A program made the position numbers and the translations under genes. From Rhizophagus irregularis (taxonomy: Eukaryota): 64,000 bases of DNA. The notes under the pieces were generated by a model, which made no database searches, was not told the DNA's origin, and saw nothing but the letters and a program-made list of their open reading frames with translations. The DNA lies in assembly GCF_026210795.1 (NCBI RefSeq), contig NC_089432.1, positions 1,550,001 through 1,614,000 on the forward strand. The letters are read 5' to 3'. Of this stretch, positions 13,365 through 27,080 are shown one piece after another (positions within the stretch are counted from its first letter, which is position 1; the number at the start of each line of letters is the position of its first letter).

Positions 13365-13990
13365 GGGCATTACTTTCCGACGCGACTGTACATAATGTAT
13401 TAGTTCGTATTTCACCCATTTTACCGACACCTGTTCCACCGACATAAGATTTACTGATTTCACTTTGCCGACTTGCCTTTTTACCGACATCACATTTTCC
13501 ATCCAACGTGATCGAAATTTGTTTAAGGTCTTTCTTGAAAATATCTTAATAACCATATGTAGTATAATTCATTTTTTTATTTTGTATTTATCGTTTTCTT
13601 AATCAATAATTTATAATTAATAAAACACAAAAAAAAAATTGTAAGCTTATTTACTTTCAAATTGTATAATACAATTAAATTTATTCAATAAATAACATAA
13701 TTATTACTCATTCGGTGAAACCTTTTTTGAACAGCAGTAAATTTTCTTTATTAATTACAAATGTTACCCTTAAAAATCAAAGAGATCATCAAATAATTTG
13801 AAATAAGGGTGTGGCTCAACTGGTTGATGAATTATAAATTTTCGCAAGTCGGGTAATTTTTATGTCGATAATATATCATGTCGATGAAACAAAGTTAGAT
13901 GTCGGTAAAATGGAAGTCAAAATGATGTCGGTTAATTTCATGTCGGTGAAATGGCTATCTGTAAATCGTACCGTAACACTACCGTAACCG
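13365..13990. mobile_element. decayed DNA-transposon/MITE with inverted subterminal repeats
   Basis: Repeated TTTACCGACA on the left and TGTCGGTAAA/TGTCGAT on the right; 13371-13392 is also the reverse complement of 12493-12514. Confidence 0.4.
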
Positions 13991-16900
13991 CCAAATAAAA
14001 AAACAATATTTTAACTTTCTAGAACATAAAAAAGAGATAAGTTACAAATCTGAAAGAATCCATTTGTTTATTCTTATACATGATACTAAATATTTTTTTA
14101 CTAGCATCCTTAACTTACGCAAGATGTGTACGATATTAACGTACGCACTAGCCAGAGTTGAGTTTATCGCTATCACGTGAAAGTGCATAACTCTTAAACT
14201 CTGGTAGGATGTACGTACGCACAGTACGTACGTACAGTGCGTACGTTAAGGAACCTCATTTTTTTATAGGTTTCAATCAGACTCTTCAAGGCGTGAATTG
14301 ATATATTTTTGTCTTCATTGATTCTAAGTTTCTAACTCTTTAGACTTTACTAGCGTAGAGCTTGGGAAAACTCGTTGAATCGCGCGATTATACACGTGAT
14401 CATAATGCTGCCCAGAACCATCGTAATTCCGGCCTGCATCACCGTTAGTGGGAAAGAATCAAAAGACCAAGGTGCGGAATCGGTAAAAAAAATTTCGACC
14501 CGCACTATGATTCTGTATGATTTAGATAAAATTTGTGTGATTTTAATTCTAGACAAGATTCATAATTTCATTTAATTTTGGGCTCTTAATTTGATTATAT
14601 AGAAAAGATGTTATGTATATAGTGATGTGCAACGTCTGAATTTACCCTAGTGAAATCATTGATTTTGAGGCGCAGTATTATATTTAAATTAAGTGTGTAA
14701 GTATTTTTATTTACTGCGATCTGAATTTTATAGGTTATTTTATTGATAGGGTACTGCGTCCGCGATGACGTAAAACTAGTGAGTTATTTTCATTAGTTAA
14801 TTATTTTTAAGTGATTTATTTTTATTGGCTTACAAAAGGATCGGGTGATAATTACCTTGGAAAATAGCCCTGTTCAATTCTAGACCGGATCGGATTTATC
14901 GTAAATTTGCACCCTTAGATAATTGGTTGCTGATGTGGTCAGCGGTCAGTCAAATAGATTCATCCAGATCAATTTATAATAAACAACACATCTGCGTGTC
15001 TTTGCCCTATAACATATTATGAATAATATAACCAATCCGATCAGGGCTCAATTGTAACTATGATCCGATTGGTTATACATTTTTTCTGTCAATCTGATAC
15101 TGAAACAGGGCAAATAGATCAACATAATGGGACGAAGGCCGAACGAATAATTTATATGAGATTTTGAAAAAGAAATTATTATTTCAATTGGTTATTTATT
15201 TTTCTTTAAATATATTACTTAAGGAATAAGAATAAGGGAAATCAGATTTTCAGAATTTATCTTCTTGAATTTTTCATTTTATTATTTGCTATTATCATTA
15301 TTATTATGAAACTCGGGAATTGTTATAATTTTGATCGAATATAATAAAGCTTATTTTTGTAGCTTGTGGTGGCAAACGTCTTTGCGATGGGCACAAGCCC
15401 TACAATGTGCACTATACGACGTTTGGGTGGTTGTGTAACATGACAAGTATACCATTCGTACGTACGTATACTAATTTACATGACAATATAGACAACCTTC
15501 AATTTAGAAGTTTAAAGAACTTTCAATTTTTGTGAATAATAGAGTGAATAATATAGTGAATAATATTTTACAACAGCCTCTCTTTGCCAAATCCAATAAT
15601 TCTAAGTTTGAATGTGTCGCGTAAATATAATTTTTTTAGATTAAATTTTTATTAAATACTTTATTCTTTACTCTTTGCCACTCTATAAAAATAATTTTTT
15701 TTAAGACATTATTATTATAAAGATAACGAAAGTTACTATCAACAATTATATGTTTTAGTTTCATTAAATCAAATTATTTCAAATATTGACCCTGAAATTT
15801 AGCGGAAAAGTGGGTCAAATACAAATAATTCTGAATCAGCTCACTCCATGGTAAACAGGGAATTGTATAATATTATTAAATAACTAAATTTTTTTTTATA
15901 AAGAGGAAACGATTTGATGAACGATGTTATAAAACAATTGAAATCTACTAAACCATCATTAAAAAGGAATCTTTCTTCTTCCATTAATAGAAACAAATCA
16001 TCAAAGAAAGGTAAAAAAGAAAAGAATGAAGAAACATTAACTATAAATGAAATATCCGAATTAGAGATTGAGGAAATTAAGGGAGCGTGCATCTGAAGCT
16101 AATAAAAAAGAAGCAAAGACCGAGGCATTAGAAATAGTTAATGCTTAAAAAAAAGAAAAAAGAAAATGCATTTATTTAAATAAATAATAATAACATGTTA
16201 CTTTATAATAATAACACCTACAATTGGGAGGTTAATACATTAATAAAGTTTATATTTAGCGTTTTTTTACGAACATCTCAAAATTTTTTTATAATAAATA
16301 AATATCTTAAGCAATTTTATATATGAAAGAATTCAGAGCATCACTGTAAATATTCTTTTTTGGAATGGGATCTTGTATTTATATATATTAGTATTACTGT
16401 ATCAAGATTATTAATAAAAAAAAAGAAAATTAAAAAAATCTATGTATGCACGCTTTGGTGCATTGGTCTCTCATACGTACGTACGTTTTTATTAATAAAT
16501 GTACGCACAAAAGATCAGCATACATCACATGTACATGACAACCGGGAAAAACCGGTTTGTATAGGGAGAGATTAATTAGATATTTTATAACTTATATAAA
16601 TACTAAAAATCGTATATTCATTTTGAAATGAAATGCAGTTTTAATTTCAATATTTATTTTTTCTCTTTTTAATTCAAAATTTTTCCGTTGCAACAAATAA
16701 TATTTGTGCATTGTACACGTGACAAATGATATCACATGACTAATCCGTCTATATAATTAATCCGTGAATCTGGCATAATTTTTTATTTGTTTTCATATTT
16801 ATTATATCTGCAAATAATTTAATTTAATGGTTTCAAATTGTAATTCGGTTTATCGGTCTTAAACATTCACCGAAAAAAATGTGGCTGTGTAGGTGAAAAA

Positions 16901-17936
16901 CTGGTTTCGGCTTGTAACCGGTCTTGGAGCACCAACTGCGAATGGTGTAAAAATGTGATCACGCCAAGAATGGCAATATACACAGGATCATCTTCGAGTG
17001 TGGCTAGAATTAATGAAACTATACGCCTAGTACATATAAACCTATATCGGGCTTGGATATAATATAAATAATTATAATTTTATTATTTCCACTTGCTTGC
17101 ATACTATTGTTCTAAAATTAGTATAGTTAGTATGATACCATATTTTATATTAAAATATTATTCGTAATTACCCATACATACAATAGTCGACGAGATCAGA
17201 TGATCGGCAATAATGACCAATGCTGCGTAACATAAGGATTGACAAACGAATCAGAATCATCCTTCTTAATTTTTATTTTATTTTATTTTATTTCTTTTTT
17301 TTTTTTTGTTTATTTTTCATTACTGCATATTTGTTTGAATTAAATTAACTTGTCAGATTGTCATATGAGTGAAAATTTCAAAATACGGAATTTAAAATTT
17401 TCTATCTAAAAAATCAATTGAATATTACGTCTGTAGAATTGTAATTTATTTTCTGTTTTTGCAAATTACTATTACTATTACTATCGTTATAATCATTTTT
17501 TTTAAAAAAAAAATTTCGTTAATATAAGAAAACAAAACATTGGCTCGAATGAAAATAACTATATTAACATTTTGCGTGCCTCAAGTGATCTCTGAATTCT
17601 TTTTTTTTTTTTTTTTTTGTCGTATTTACTATAAAACCATATTTATACACTATATTAAACTACTACTTTTGGGCAACTGGAGAGTAAACAAATGTTAAAG
17701 AAGTGGATATAATATTTTGCCCTGTGGCTATATTATTGGTTAATTTATACAATTTGATAATCAATACGTAAGTCGATATGCAGTCATTTAATAATTATAA
17801 TTTTTGATTTACATTTTGCTTATCGGAAAGATTAGAAAGTTGCGATCGGCATTATATTTGTAATCTGACTTTTGCATAAAAAAAGGTTTTTTTTCGTCAT
17901 AATATAATTTTTTTTTGAAAAAACAAAAAAAATAAT

Positions 17937-20900
17937 ATGGATAGCGATTTAGAAAGTGGGAATCGGGCATATGGAGAAATAATTACTTATGTGGCCATTA
18001 GTCCAGATGGTTCATTAGTAGCAACGTTTAATCCATGTAAGTTATAACACCAACACTGTACGACTATACGTTCATATTTTCAATAAAAAAAAAAACTAAA
18101 TTCTTATAACTTATTAATTTTCAGATGGCTCTTCTATATCAATTACAAAATTGAAAACTAATGAAAAATCAGAAATACGCTTTGATAGGAAAAAATTCCT
18201 TAAAAAGAAACCACGTAATATTCTTGGATGGTCTTTAGCAGTTTCGAATATTATTGAAAATGATATTGGCTTGATTGCAATTTCTTGTATAACTGAAAAA
18301 GATATGAACACAAAAAAAATTGAGAAAATTAGTTATTTTTCCCTTATTAAACAAATTTATACAATTTATAGGAAATCATCATCTTCTTCAACTTATACTA
18401 TGCTCAATTATCTCATATATAGTAATATCATCATCATTTTGATTAAGTCCCCCCTTTTATCTCTTTTATGGTTTATTTTCGTCCCCTTTTACATTTTTTA
18501 TTTGACTGAATTATTACACCCTTATAAGATTTCGAAAAGGGATAAACAATTTCAATTATCTTCTTCTCCTAGCGAAGGGATGATAAAGCTCTTTAAATTT
18601 TCATTTAATAATGATAGTGATGATAATTATAATAACGATATTTCTCTATACAAGTGTCGTCTCGGTGGAATTGTTAAATTTTTAAACAATTCTAAAAACT
18701 CATTAGATGATAGTATAATATTGGTTTGCATGAATTGCATAAAAATACATAAGTTTAATATTAAATTGAACAAAAAAGTTTCCATATTAAAAGAATGTAC
18801 TTATTTATTACCTGAAAATTTATTTAAAAAATTAGAAAGTTTTGATGATTCAAGACGCAATTGGGAATATCTTTTAAGATCTGGATATCAAGAATTTTTA
18901 ATGGTTGACACGAGCAATAACCAACAAACACAAAGTATTGAAATGTACGATATTAATACTTCACAATTAGTGAATGTTTTTTACAGAAGTCGAGGAGAAA
19001 AAGATTATATAATTTCAAGAAACAATGAACCCGGAATTTTTGCAATATCAACTGATTCAAAATTATTTGCTTATTCTTATGGAGATAATATCATTACAAT
19101 TTATTTAATGGAAAGTGGACTTGAAATTATTTCGAAAAAATTTGATAATATTTATAAAATTAAATTTTTAGAATTTATTGAAAAAGATAAAAAATTGCTC
19201 ATTATTGATGAAGATGAAGAATATGATATGAAATTTCATCTTTGGATTATATCAGGACGTTTAAATAATTATTTTTCTATTGCTAGAGATGATCTCCCTA
19301 TTTCTTCAAAATATGATGATTATGAATATTATAATACTTTAACTAAAGTAAATGGAAAAGTGGTTTTTTATAATAGAGATTATAAGGATCAGTTTAGAGT
19401 TTTACAAGAAATAACTATAAAAAAGATAATCTTTGGAGAAAATTATGTCTTAAAAGATGAAACAAACGAGCATAAATATAATTCATATGATTTAGAACCA
19501 TGGAATGATAACGTAAAACCTATTAGTGGTAAATTTCTTAATAATGATAAGAGCACTATTCTTATTATTGGTCAAAATAGTATTCAAGTCTGGAAATCTA
19601 AATTCACAAATTTTGAAGATTTTGAAGATTTTAAAAATTTTAAAAATTCGTATCTTGTATATATTTTAATATATGAAGATATCGAACCTGTGACAACGTC
19701 TGAATTTCAAATTGAAGATAACATGATTACTATTATAACTCACGCATGTAAATCACTTGCCTACCTATATAAACACACTGATAGTATTTATTCTAAAGAA
19801 AAAAATCAAAAGTTTGTTAGTGCAATCACAAATATTATTAAAGACTTTATTAAAAATTATCCTGATAATTGGAAACTTATGGAGATTCAATATCCTTTAA
19901 TGGCATATCTAATTTATTCGCGTTCATTTTCTTTAATAAAATACATTTTGTTTGGAGACAATAATCGAGTTGAGTCTAAAAATACTGGTTTGTTACACAG
20001 ACCACAAAAGAAATACGGTTCTTATCCATGTTATGATGATTTGAAATTATATGACGATTTAGGATTTGAAGACAATGACTTAAGATCAACTAATGATTTG
20101 GAATTAGCTTTAAAATTCTGTCAAAGTAAGCGATTTTCTTATTTTATTGTTATCATTTAACGTATTTTGATCCTAATATTTATTATTTATAGATGAAGAT
20201 GCTGTTATGTTGGCATATCTATTAGAATATTATTCTGAAAATTCCATGAATCATATTGGTTGGATGATTAATGTTACAAAAATTCTTCCAGAATTATCTA
20301 AACATAATCATGGTATATTTATTATATTATATTATATCGTTATTTTAATTTATCGCAACGTTTTTATTAACGAATATAATCATTATTTAATAGCTGCTAA
20401 TTATGCGAAATTATTATATTATAAACCTTGTTTTGGAGAAATGAAATATAATTTTCCAAATAAATGGTTTCAAGTAGCATCATATAGTCAAGATACATTA
20501 AAAGTATACGTGCCACTTACTAACCTTATACCAACAAATTCTTTTGACATCTTTTTATATAAAAAAGTGAGGTATATTATATATTCATTTAGACTAATTC
20601 ATTGTTTTAAATACTATATCTTGTTAATATTTTTTCTTTATCATAGAAATGATGATATTTGTATGGTTCCACTTGCAAATTTTACAACATATAATTCAAC
20701 AATTAAAGAGAAGATTGAAGGTGAAGCAGATAAAGGAAGGATTGAAAGATTCATACATTTTTTGAGGGTTCTAATATTGCCACCCGGTTATAAGAATTTA
20801 GATGATAAAGATTTTAGACCATTTCTTCAGATTAAAAAAAGTGAAATTTCATTTTATGAAATTCCGGCTATGGAAGCAACTATAAATGCAAGATGGTTAC

Positions 20901-22215
20901 AAGCAATGGTACATCAGTTTACACCATTTATAATTTATTCTGTATTTTTAATTATATTCTCCTCATGTTCTCAATATTATTCAAGTTTTAATCATATGAG
21001 CGAGAATATAATTAGAATTGCAGTATTTTATTACACTGGAATATATTTATTAATGATTGAATTCTTACAAATGAAGAAGTATAAATCCAGTTACTTTACG
21101 ATATTTAAAATATTTGATTTATTAAGTATCATTTTAGGTATAATTGTTATTACAATAATATTTGAAAAGGAATATTTTGGTATCAATAGAGTCAGCAATG
21201 AAGATATTATTGTTTTTATATCATCAGCTACTTTGGTACTTTGGATCGAAATGGTATTTTTTAATAATTATGATCTTTTTTAAATTTTAAATAATTTTCT
21301 ATATTAACTTTTATATTTTATTCATTTATTTATTTCAAGCTCTTACAGTTTCGATTATTTTCAGTAGTAGCAACAAATATATTTATTTTTGGAAACATTT
21401 TAAGAAAGATCATACCATTTTTTGCATTTATGTTCATTTTAATGGTCGGATTTGGACAGGCAATGTAATTTTTCTTTTTTACTTACAAAATCTTACAAAA
21501 TATTTTATTATTAAATCAATTAAATGAATATTAATTAATTTTTTTTTATTTATAATGAATAGGTTTGTTCTTTTTAATCATCGATCACTCTTTAATTTAT
21601 ATCCGTCAGCCTCAAATTTCATGTTTACTAATGGAACTGCAAATATAACTTTAGTAATGACAAGTCAAGATAATCCTTTTAGCACAGTATGGGATTCTAT
21701 ACTTTCCACATATTATTGGAATACAATTGATTTGAATACTTATGATAGTTGGCCATTAAAATTATTTGCTTTCATTACAAATATTATTTTGGTTCTTGTT
21801 TTATTTAACATGATTATTGCATTAATGAAGTAAGTTAAGATAATTATTATATTTTTGAATACATATTTATATCTATTTAATAATTCTTTTATTAATTATT
21901 ATAAAATTATTTAGTGATACATTTAATAAAGCCAAAGAAGATGCTAGAATTGGACTGTTAATGCATAGAGTAAAACTTATTAATGATTTTGAAAGGCTTG
22001 ATATTTCCCCATTATATAAAAATGATTTCCCATATATTTGTTTTCATAAAGATACTAGCTTAATGAAAAATTGGTTAAAAAAATCTCAAAAATTTAGAGA
22101 AGAAAAATTATATTCATGGTTTAATGAAAATGTTGATGAAGAAAAGATAACTTTTGATAATGGAATTGATATTAAATCTTGGTATGAAACGCTCATATCA
22201 GGTAATGAAAATTAA
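17937..22215 (+). CDS. TRP-like cation channel with long N-terminal beta-propeller-like region (paralog 1)
   Basis: Spliced gene from MDSDLESG...YVAISPDGSLVATF; WD-like motifs (FAISTDSKLFAY, IGQNSIQVW); PAMEATINARW pre-S1; six hydrophobic helices, pore loop NPFSTVWDSILSTYYW and S6 motif LFNMIIALMN-DTFNK; eight GT-AG exons. Confidence 0.85.
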
Positions 22216-23132
22216 GATGATTCTTTATTGATTGGGTTTCTGTAGCTTCTATTTCTTTAATACATCCACCTAGTCCTTTTGTTTTTTATTTATTTATTTA
22301 ATTATTCCATTTTTTTTTGTTAACGTTATTCGATTACATACATTTGGACTGTATCATTATTATTAAGTATTTTATTATAAGAAACATAAGAAACAATAAT
22401 TTAATTTAATAAAACTATTCGAAAAGTGTAAAACTATTCAAAAAATGATTTGGTTAACTAAAATTTAATAAACCTAATAAGTCTTCTATGTTTTACTAAT
22501 ATTGTTATTGTTGAGGAATTAATTTTAATAGCCGGAGCAGTATTCAGTTTGAATGAGTTTCGATGCGGAACGCTAAACGGCTAACGGAGGTGGCGGAAAA
22601 CCACCCTAGCGTCGCCTCCAAAAAATAGTAGCCGGATCTAATTTCCCTGGGTGCACGTGATTTCGGTTCATAAGTATTTCGACCATTGTAACAATTTTCA
22701 AACAAACTCATAGAGTGGTACCGCCAATGGTTCTCTTTGTTCGATCAGCCAAGGTGACATCGTCGTAGTGACGGCGGTTTGGCTCATGGTTTCAGGGAAT
22801 TGCTTTCGGCTCTAGTATATAGTGTCCATGAGATTTGTAGCATCACTAAATTATCAGGAAGTCCAGTGACTATCCCTGATCAAAATCGTAAATTTTACGT
22901 TAAGATTTTTACGTAAAATTAACGAAAAATGTGTCCAATAACTGTTAATGGACAATTAACTCATTAATCGGTATAATCATCATATTTACGGACAGTAATC
23001 AGACAATACTGTCTTATAACCGAAATTTAAAGATCGTCCAAACTGGCCACTAGTAATAAACTACATTTTATTAGTATTAACTTAATGATTTCAACTTAAA
23101 TAAATTAAAAATGTATATATTATATATTAAAA

Positions 23133-23205
23133 GTTTAAATAGTCTAGTGGTTAGGCACGAAAAATATGTACTTAAGGTCTTAGGTTCGATTCTTAAGGTA
23201 GGTAA
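23133..23205 (+). other. degenerate tRNA-like / Pol III promoter relic
   Basis: A-box-like TAGTCTAGTGG (23140) and B-box-like GGTTCGATTC (23183) at tRNA spacing; acceptor and anticodon stems do not pair. Confidence 0.4.
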
Positions 23206-23719
23206 AGTTTAATTTAATAATTATATACAATAATATTGTAATATAAATATTAAATATAATTTTAATTAGTAATTTTCACTAAACACCCATATACCTAAAA
23301 TTTACGGTTTATGGACGTACATAATTAACTTCCAACCTGCGGAGGGTCTGTCAATAGACAGTTAGTGGGCATATGTCCAATAACAGTTGCTGGTCAGCCT
23401 GAAAATTTAGTGATGTACCATGGCTTAATTCACGTTGAATATAAAAATAAAAATAAAAATAAAACAAATAAACTTGTATTATACATATCTCAATTGTCAG
23501 TATTTTATTAAAGCACAATATACATATTTTATTCATATTTAAACATGTTTCTGAAAATTTAATACTATTATTTTTTAAAAAAAAAGTGAAACAAATTGTT
23601 ACTATTTGTTGCTGACTTAGCATCTTTAAATTATTTAAATATTTATAAAAAAACAGAAATATTTTGTAATATATACAAAATTAGATTGAAAGGAAACAAT
23701 AAAAAATCAAACAAATACC

Positions 23720-24532
23720 AATGAACAAAAAATTAAACTAACAACCCTCACCATCACTCTCAGAGCAGCAAATAGAATTGAAAGATTATTAAATCTTTCC
23801 AATAAAAATTTTCTCATTGTCGACATATTTCCTAATTTAGATGTAGCTTTTTTAAAATTGTTGTTAATTAATGTCACTGCATTATGAAAGTTGGCTGAAG
23901 ATTATAGAAATGGGGGAAATAATTTCAGAAGAGCAAGGATACAAAATCTATCAGGAAAAAAAGAAGGAGGAAAATTCATTAAAAAAAATATTCTTAATTA
24001 AGTGTATGAATCAGTGGGATGTTACTTCCCAGGTGATTCTCCAAAATATTATTACAATGATGAAGAATCACCAAGATACTATCCTGATAATGAAGAATCA
24101 CCAAGATATTATCCCGATAACAAAGAATCTATTCTTCTTATGGATGAATCCTAACTCTTCCCTCTGTTTGCTTTCTCTCTTCTTTTCTCCCTTCTTCATT
24201 CTTTTCCTTCTTTCCTCTCTTTCTTCTCTCTTTCTTCGCTCATTTTCTCCCTCCCTTCCTTCTCTCCTTCTTCGCTCTTTTCCTCCCTTCCTTCCTTCTT
24301 CTTCACTCTTTTTCTCCATTCCCTTTCCTTCCTCCTTCCTTTCCTCCTTCACCAGTGGATTCCATTATTTTTTTGATTTTTTGTTCCTCAGCACTTGATA
24401 CTGACTTCATCTGTTTCTTTAGCTCTCTTTTGGCACTTTCTTTTACATTTACATTTAAGTCATTGTTTGGGTGTTTTCCTCCTTTTGCTATTTCACTTTC
24501 TGAGCATCTCAAGTTAGTACTTTGATATCCAT
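23720..24532 (-). pseudogene. decayed low-complexity (E/K/R-rich) coding remnant
   Basis: Overlapping short ORFs 24098-24352 and 24303-24512 with charged repeats, stops and frameshifts. Confidence 0.3.
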
Positions 24533-24971
24533 TTTATTATAATTTTCAAATGTAAAAGTTTATGCAAAGTGCATGAGAATCATTTAATTACACTGGATAT
24601 AACAAAATGATATAGCATCCAAAACTTGTGTTTGTTTGACTAAATATATTATATACTGAATGATTACGTGAGTTAAAAATTGGTATATTATAGTCACAGA
24701 TAATCATTTATATGGATAATATTTTTCTTCATCAGAATATGAAAAAAATTAAAAAACCCTGATATTAACATTCCCATTTATTTATTTTAAAAATTTTTCA
24801 AAAATGAGGGGTAGAGGACATCAAACAAACAATTAATTTGGAACATCCTAAATTTTATATGATTATTTTTTTAATTTATACTAATAATACATAAACTTAA
24901 TAATTATACAATAATATGAAACTAAATTTTTTGATGCATACAATTCTATTCTATTTTAATTAAATATATTA

Positions 24972-27080
24972 TTAGTTTTTATCCTCTAATTCATCTAGTT
25001 TTTGGGCCTCCTCTAACAACCATACAATATGACCAAGAACTTTTTTTACCCGATCTTCCATATCTTCATCTCCATATATAATAACCATTGGTTTTGATAA
25101 TTTAAAATAAGGTTTTCTTTCATTATCTAATGAACACTCCAAAAAAAACCATTTTTCAGAATCAGTTATAATACCAAAAACATTTTTCTTCTTATTTGAT
25201 AAAGCTGATTCACATTGAACTGCATTCTGAGCAACACCTTGTTGAAAATCTTTATCTTTAACTTCAGTAATACCAATTATTCTAGAATTTTGAATTTGAA
25301 TTAAAGCAAAATCTACAGGTCCATGACCATTCATACCTGAAACATTTTTTTCTGGATAAACCTTAAATTTATCTTCAAAAAGGTTGGCAATAGCTACAAG
25401 GTATGAACAAACATATTGACTTTTTGATGCTTCATTTCCAATAGGAATAGCTTTGAAGCGGAAATTCAATTCAGTTATAAGATGCTTGATTATTACTTGT
25501 GACTTTTCATCATTTAATTTTACATATCCACAAGTAAAAGGAGGAAATACAGATAATGTTGGATCACTATCTTCACTAAGTTTATAGAGTTTACATACTT
25601 TTGGAAAAGTCCAAGAGGAAAAGGATAATGATGTCTCTATAGATATAGTGAATTTGAGGCTATTTCTTGATACAAATAATTGAAGCATATTTTGAAACTC
25701 TAGGTCACTTTTAGGAGAATATTTTTCATCATTGCATGAAAAGGCAAGTGTTGCAATATCTTTCTGAAGTTCTGGAAATTGATATAAAGCAAATATAAAT
25801 TCTTTAAGGTCTTTAAGAGTCACTTGTTCTATATTTACAATCCACTTGGATGTCTTTGTACGTTTTGGATTAACTATAATATCAAATTCTATAATTATAA
25901 AATATAAATCAGTTGTTGTTTGATTACAAACTTTCTTTAATATAATCAACATACCATATATAGACTTCTTAAGTAATTTCTGCAATTCTGCTACTTTATT
26001 TATCAATTCCAACTCTTTTCTAGTTTTAGTAGTTTCTGGTAAAGTTACAATAATATGAACATGTTCATTAGCAGGAGTTTTAGTAAAATATTTGCTTATT
26101 TTCTTTGTTGCAAGAAGCTCATTGTTTCCAAGAAGTTGAAGGTTAGTTAGCTCATCAAAACAATCATCGGGAATTTCAACCTGCCAGAGTTTCAGTTGAT
26201 CAGGATCAATTCCAGCAAAATCATTATGTTTTTCTTTTTGGATTAAACTCTTAAGCTCACTAATGGTTTTGTTTTTGTTAATATTAATAGCAAAGGCATT
26301 GTGTGCATTTCCTTGAACTATACAAAAAAGAGTAATAGTAGTTCGGCACTTTTTTGATTGTGAATTGAAATTTTCCTTTTCTTCAAGTTTTCGCTTTAAA
26401 GAATCCTTAATAAAATTTATTTATTAGCAAATTATATAATCAATAAACAAGGTTATAATTTATTATATTATACTGACTAACCTTATTTAATTCTGTAATC
26501 ACCTCCTTCCAGTAAATTTCTAAATTTTTTGCACGACATATTTGTTCTTTATTTACCTGTTATAAGAAAGATTATTAGCTGTGTGTATTAACATTTTATT
26601 TATGATAAAAGAAGGTACATAGCCAGTTCCTCCTCCAGAACAAGCAGACTTTTACCAATACAAATTTCAGACACCTGAATTAAAGACTTGGATTGGTTAC
26701 CAAGTGGTTTAATCCAGTAATTCTCCTATCTCGAAGCATCAATTTAGGAGTTGCCCTCACTTTGCTAAATAAAAAACACACCTTTTCCTTTATAGAAATT
26801 AAAGATTCTTCATTAATTATTTGATATTTTGCTTCCATTAGAAAGTGATTGACCCAATGATTATTAAGTTCCTTCCAATTATTAATTGGTAATGATGAAG
26901 CAACAATAGTGTTGTGGTGAAGGAGTAAGAAACCATAATATGATGCTAAATTTCCTTTCTCTTTAAAATAAGATTCTAGGGCTAAAAGTCAAAGAAGAAT
27001 AGTTAGAAAAATTGAATTTATTTTTATGCTAAAGTACTTAAGATTTATTTACCCTTATGTCCAGAATATAGTTCACTCAT
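24972..27080 (-). CDS. Crinkler-family protein: N-terminal extension + CRN ubiquitin-like domain + PD-(D/E)xK REase-like domain
   Basis: Exons read MSELYSGHK / LESYFKEKGNLASYYGFL... / ...TITLFCIVQGNAHNAFAINI...LKLWQV...EHVHIIV (CRN N-terminal signature) / C-terminal PEKNVSGMNGHGPVDFAL...ITEVKDKDFQQGVAQNAVQ...GIITD; GT-AG introns; no stop noticed. Confidence 0.8.

Noticed and set aside
23133..23205. Functional tRNA gene
   Set aside because: Acceptor and anticodon stems do not pair; only promoter-box-like motifs remain
26560..26780. snoRNA or TPP riboswitch in the longer, GC-richer Crinkler intron
   Set aside because: Only partial C/D-like words and a weak hairpin; no TPP consensus; cannot be supported without an Rfam search
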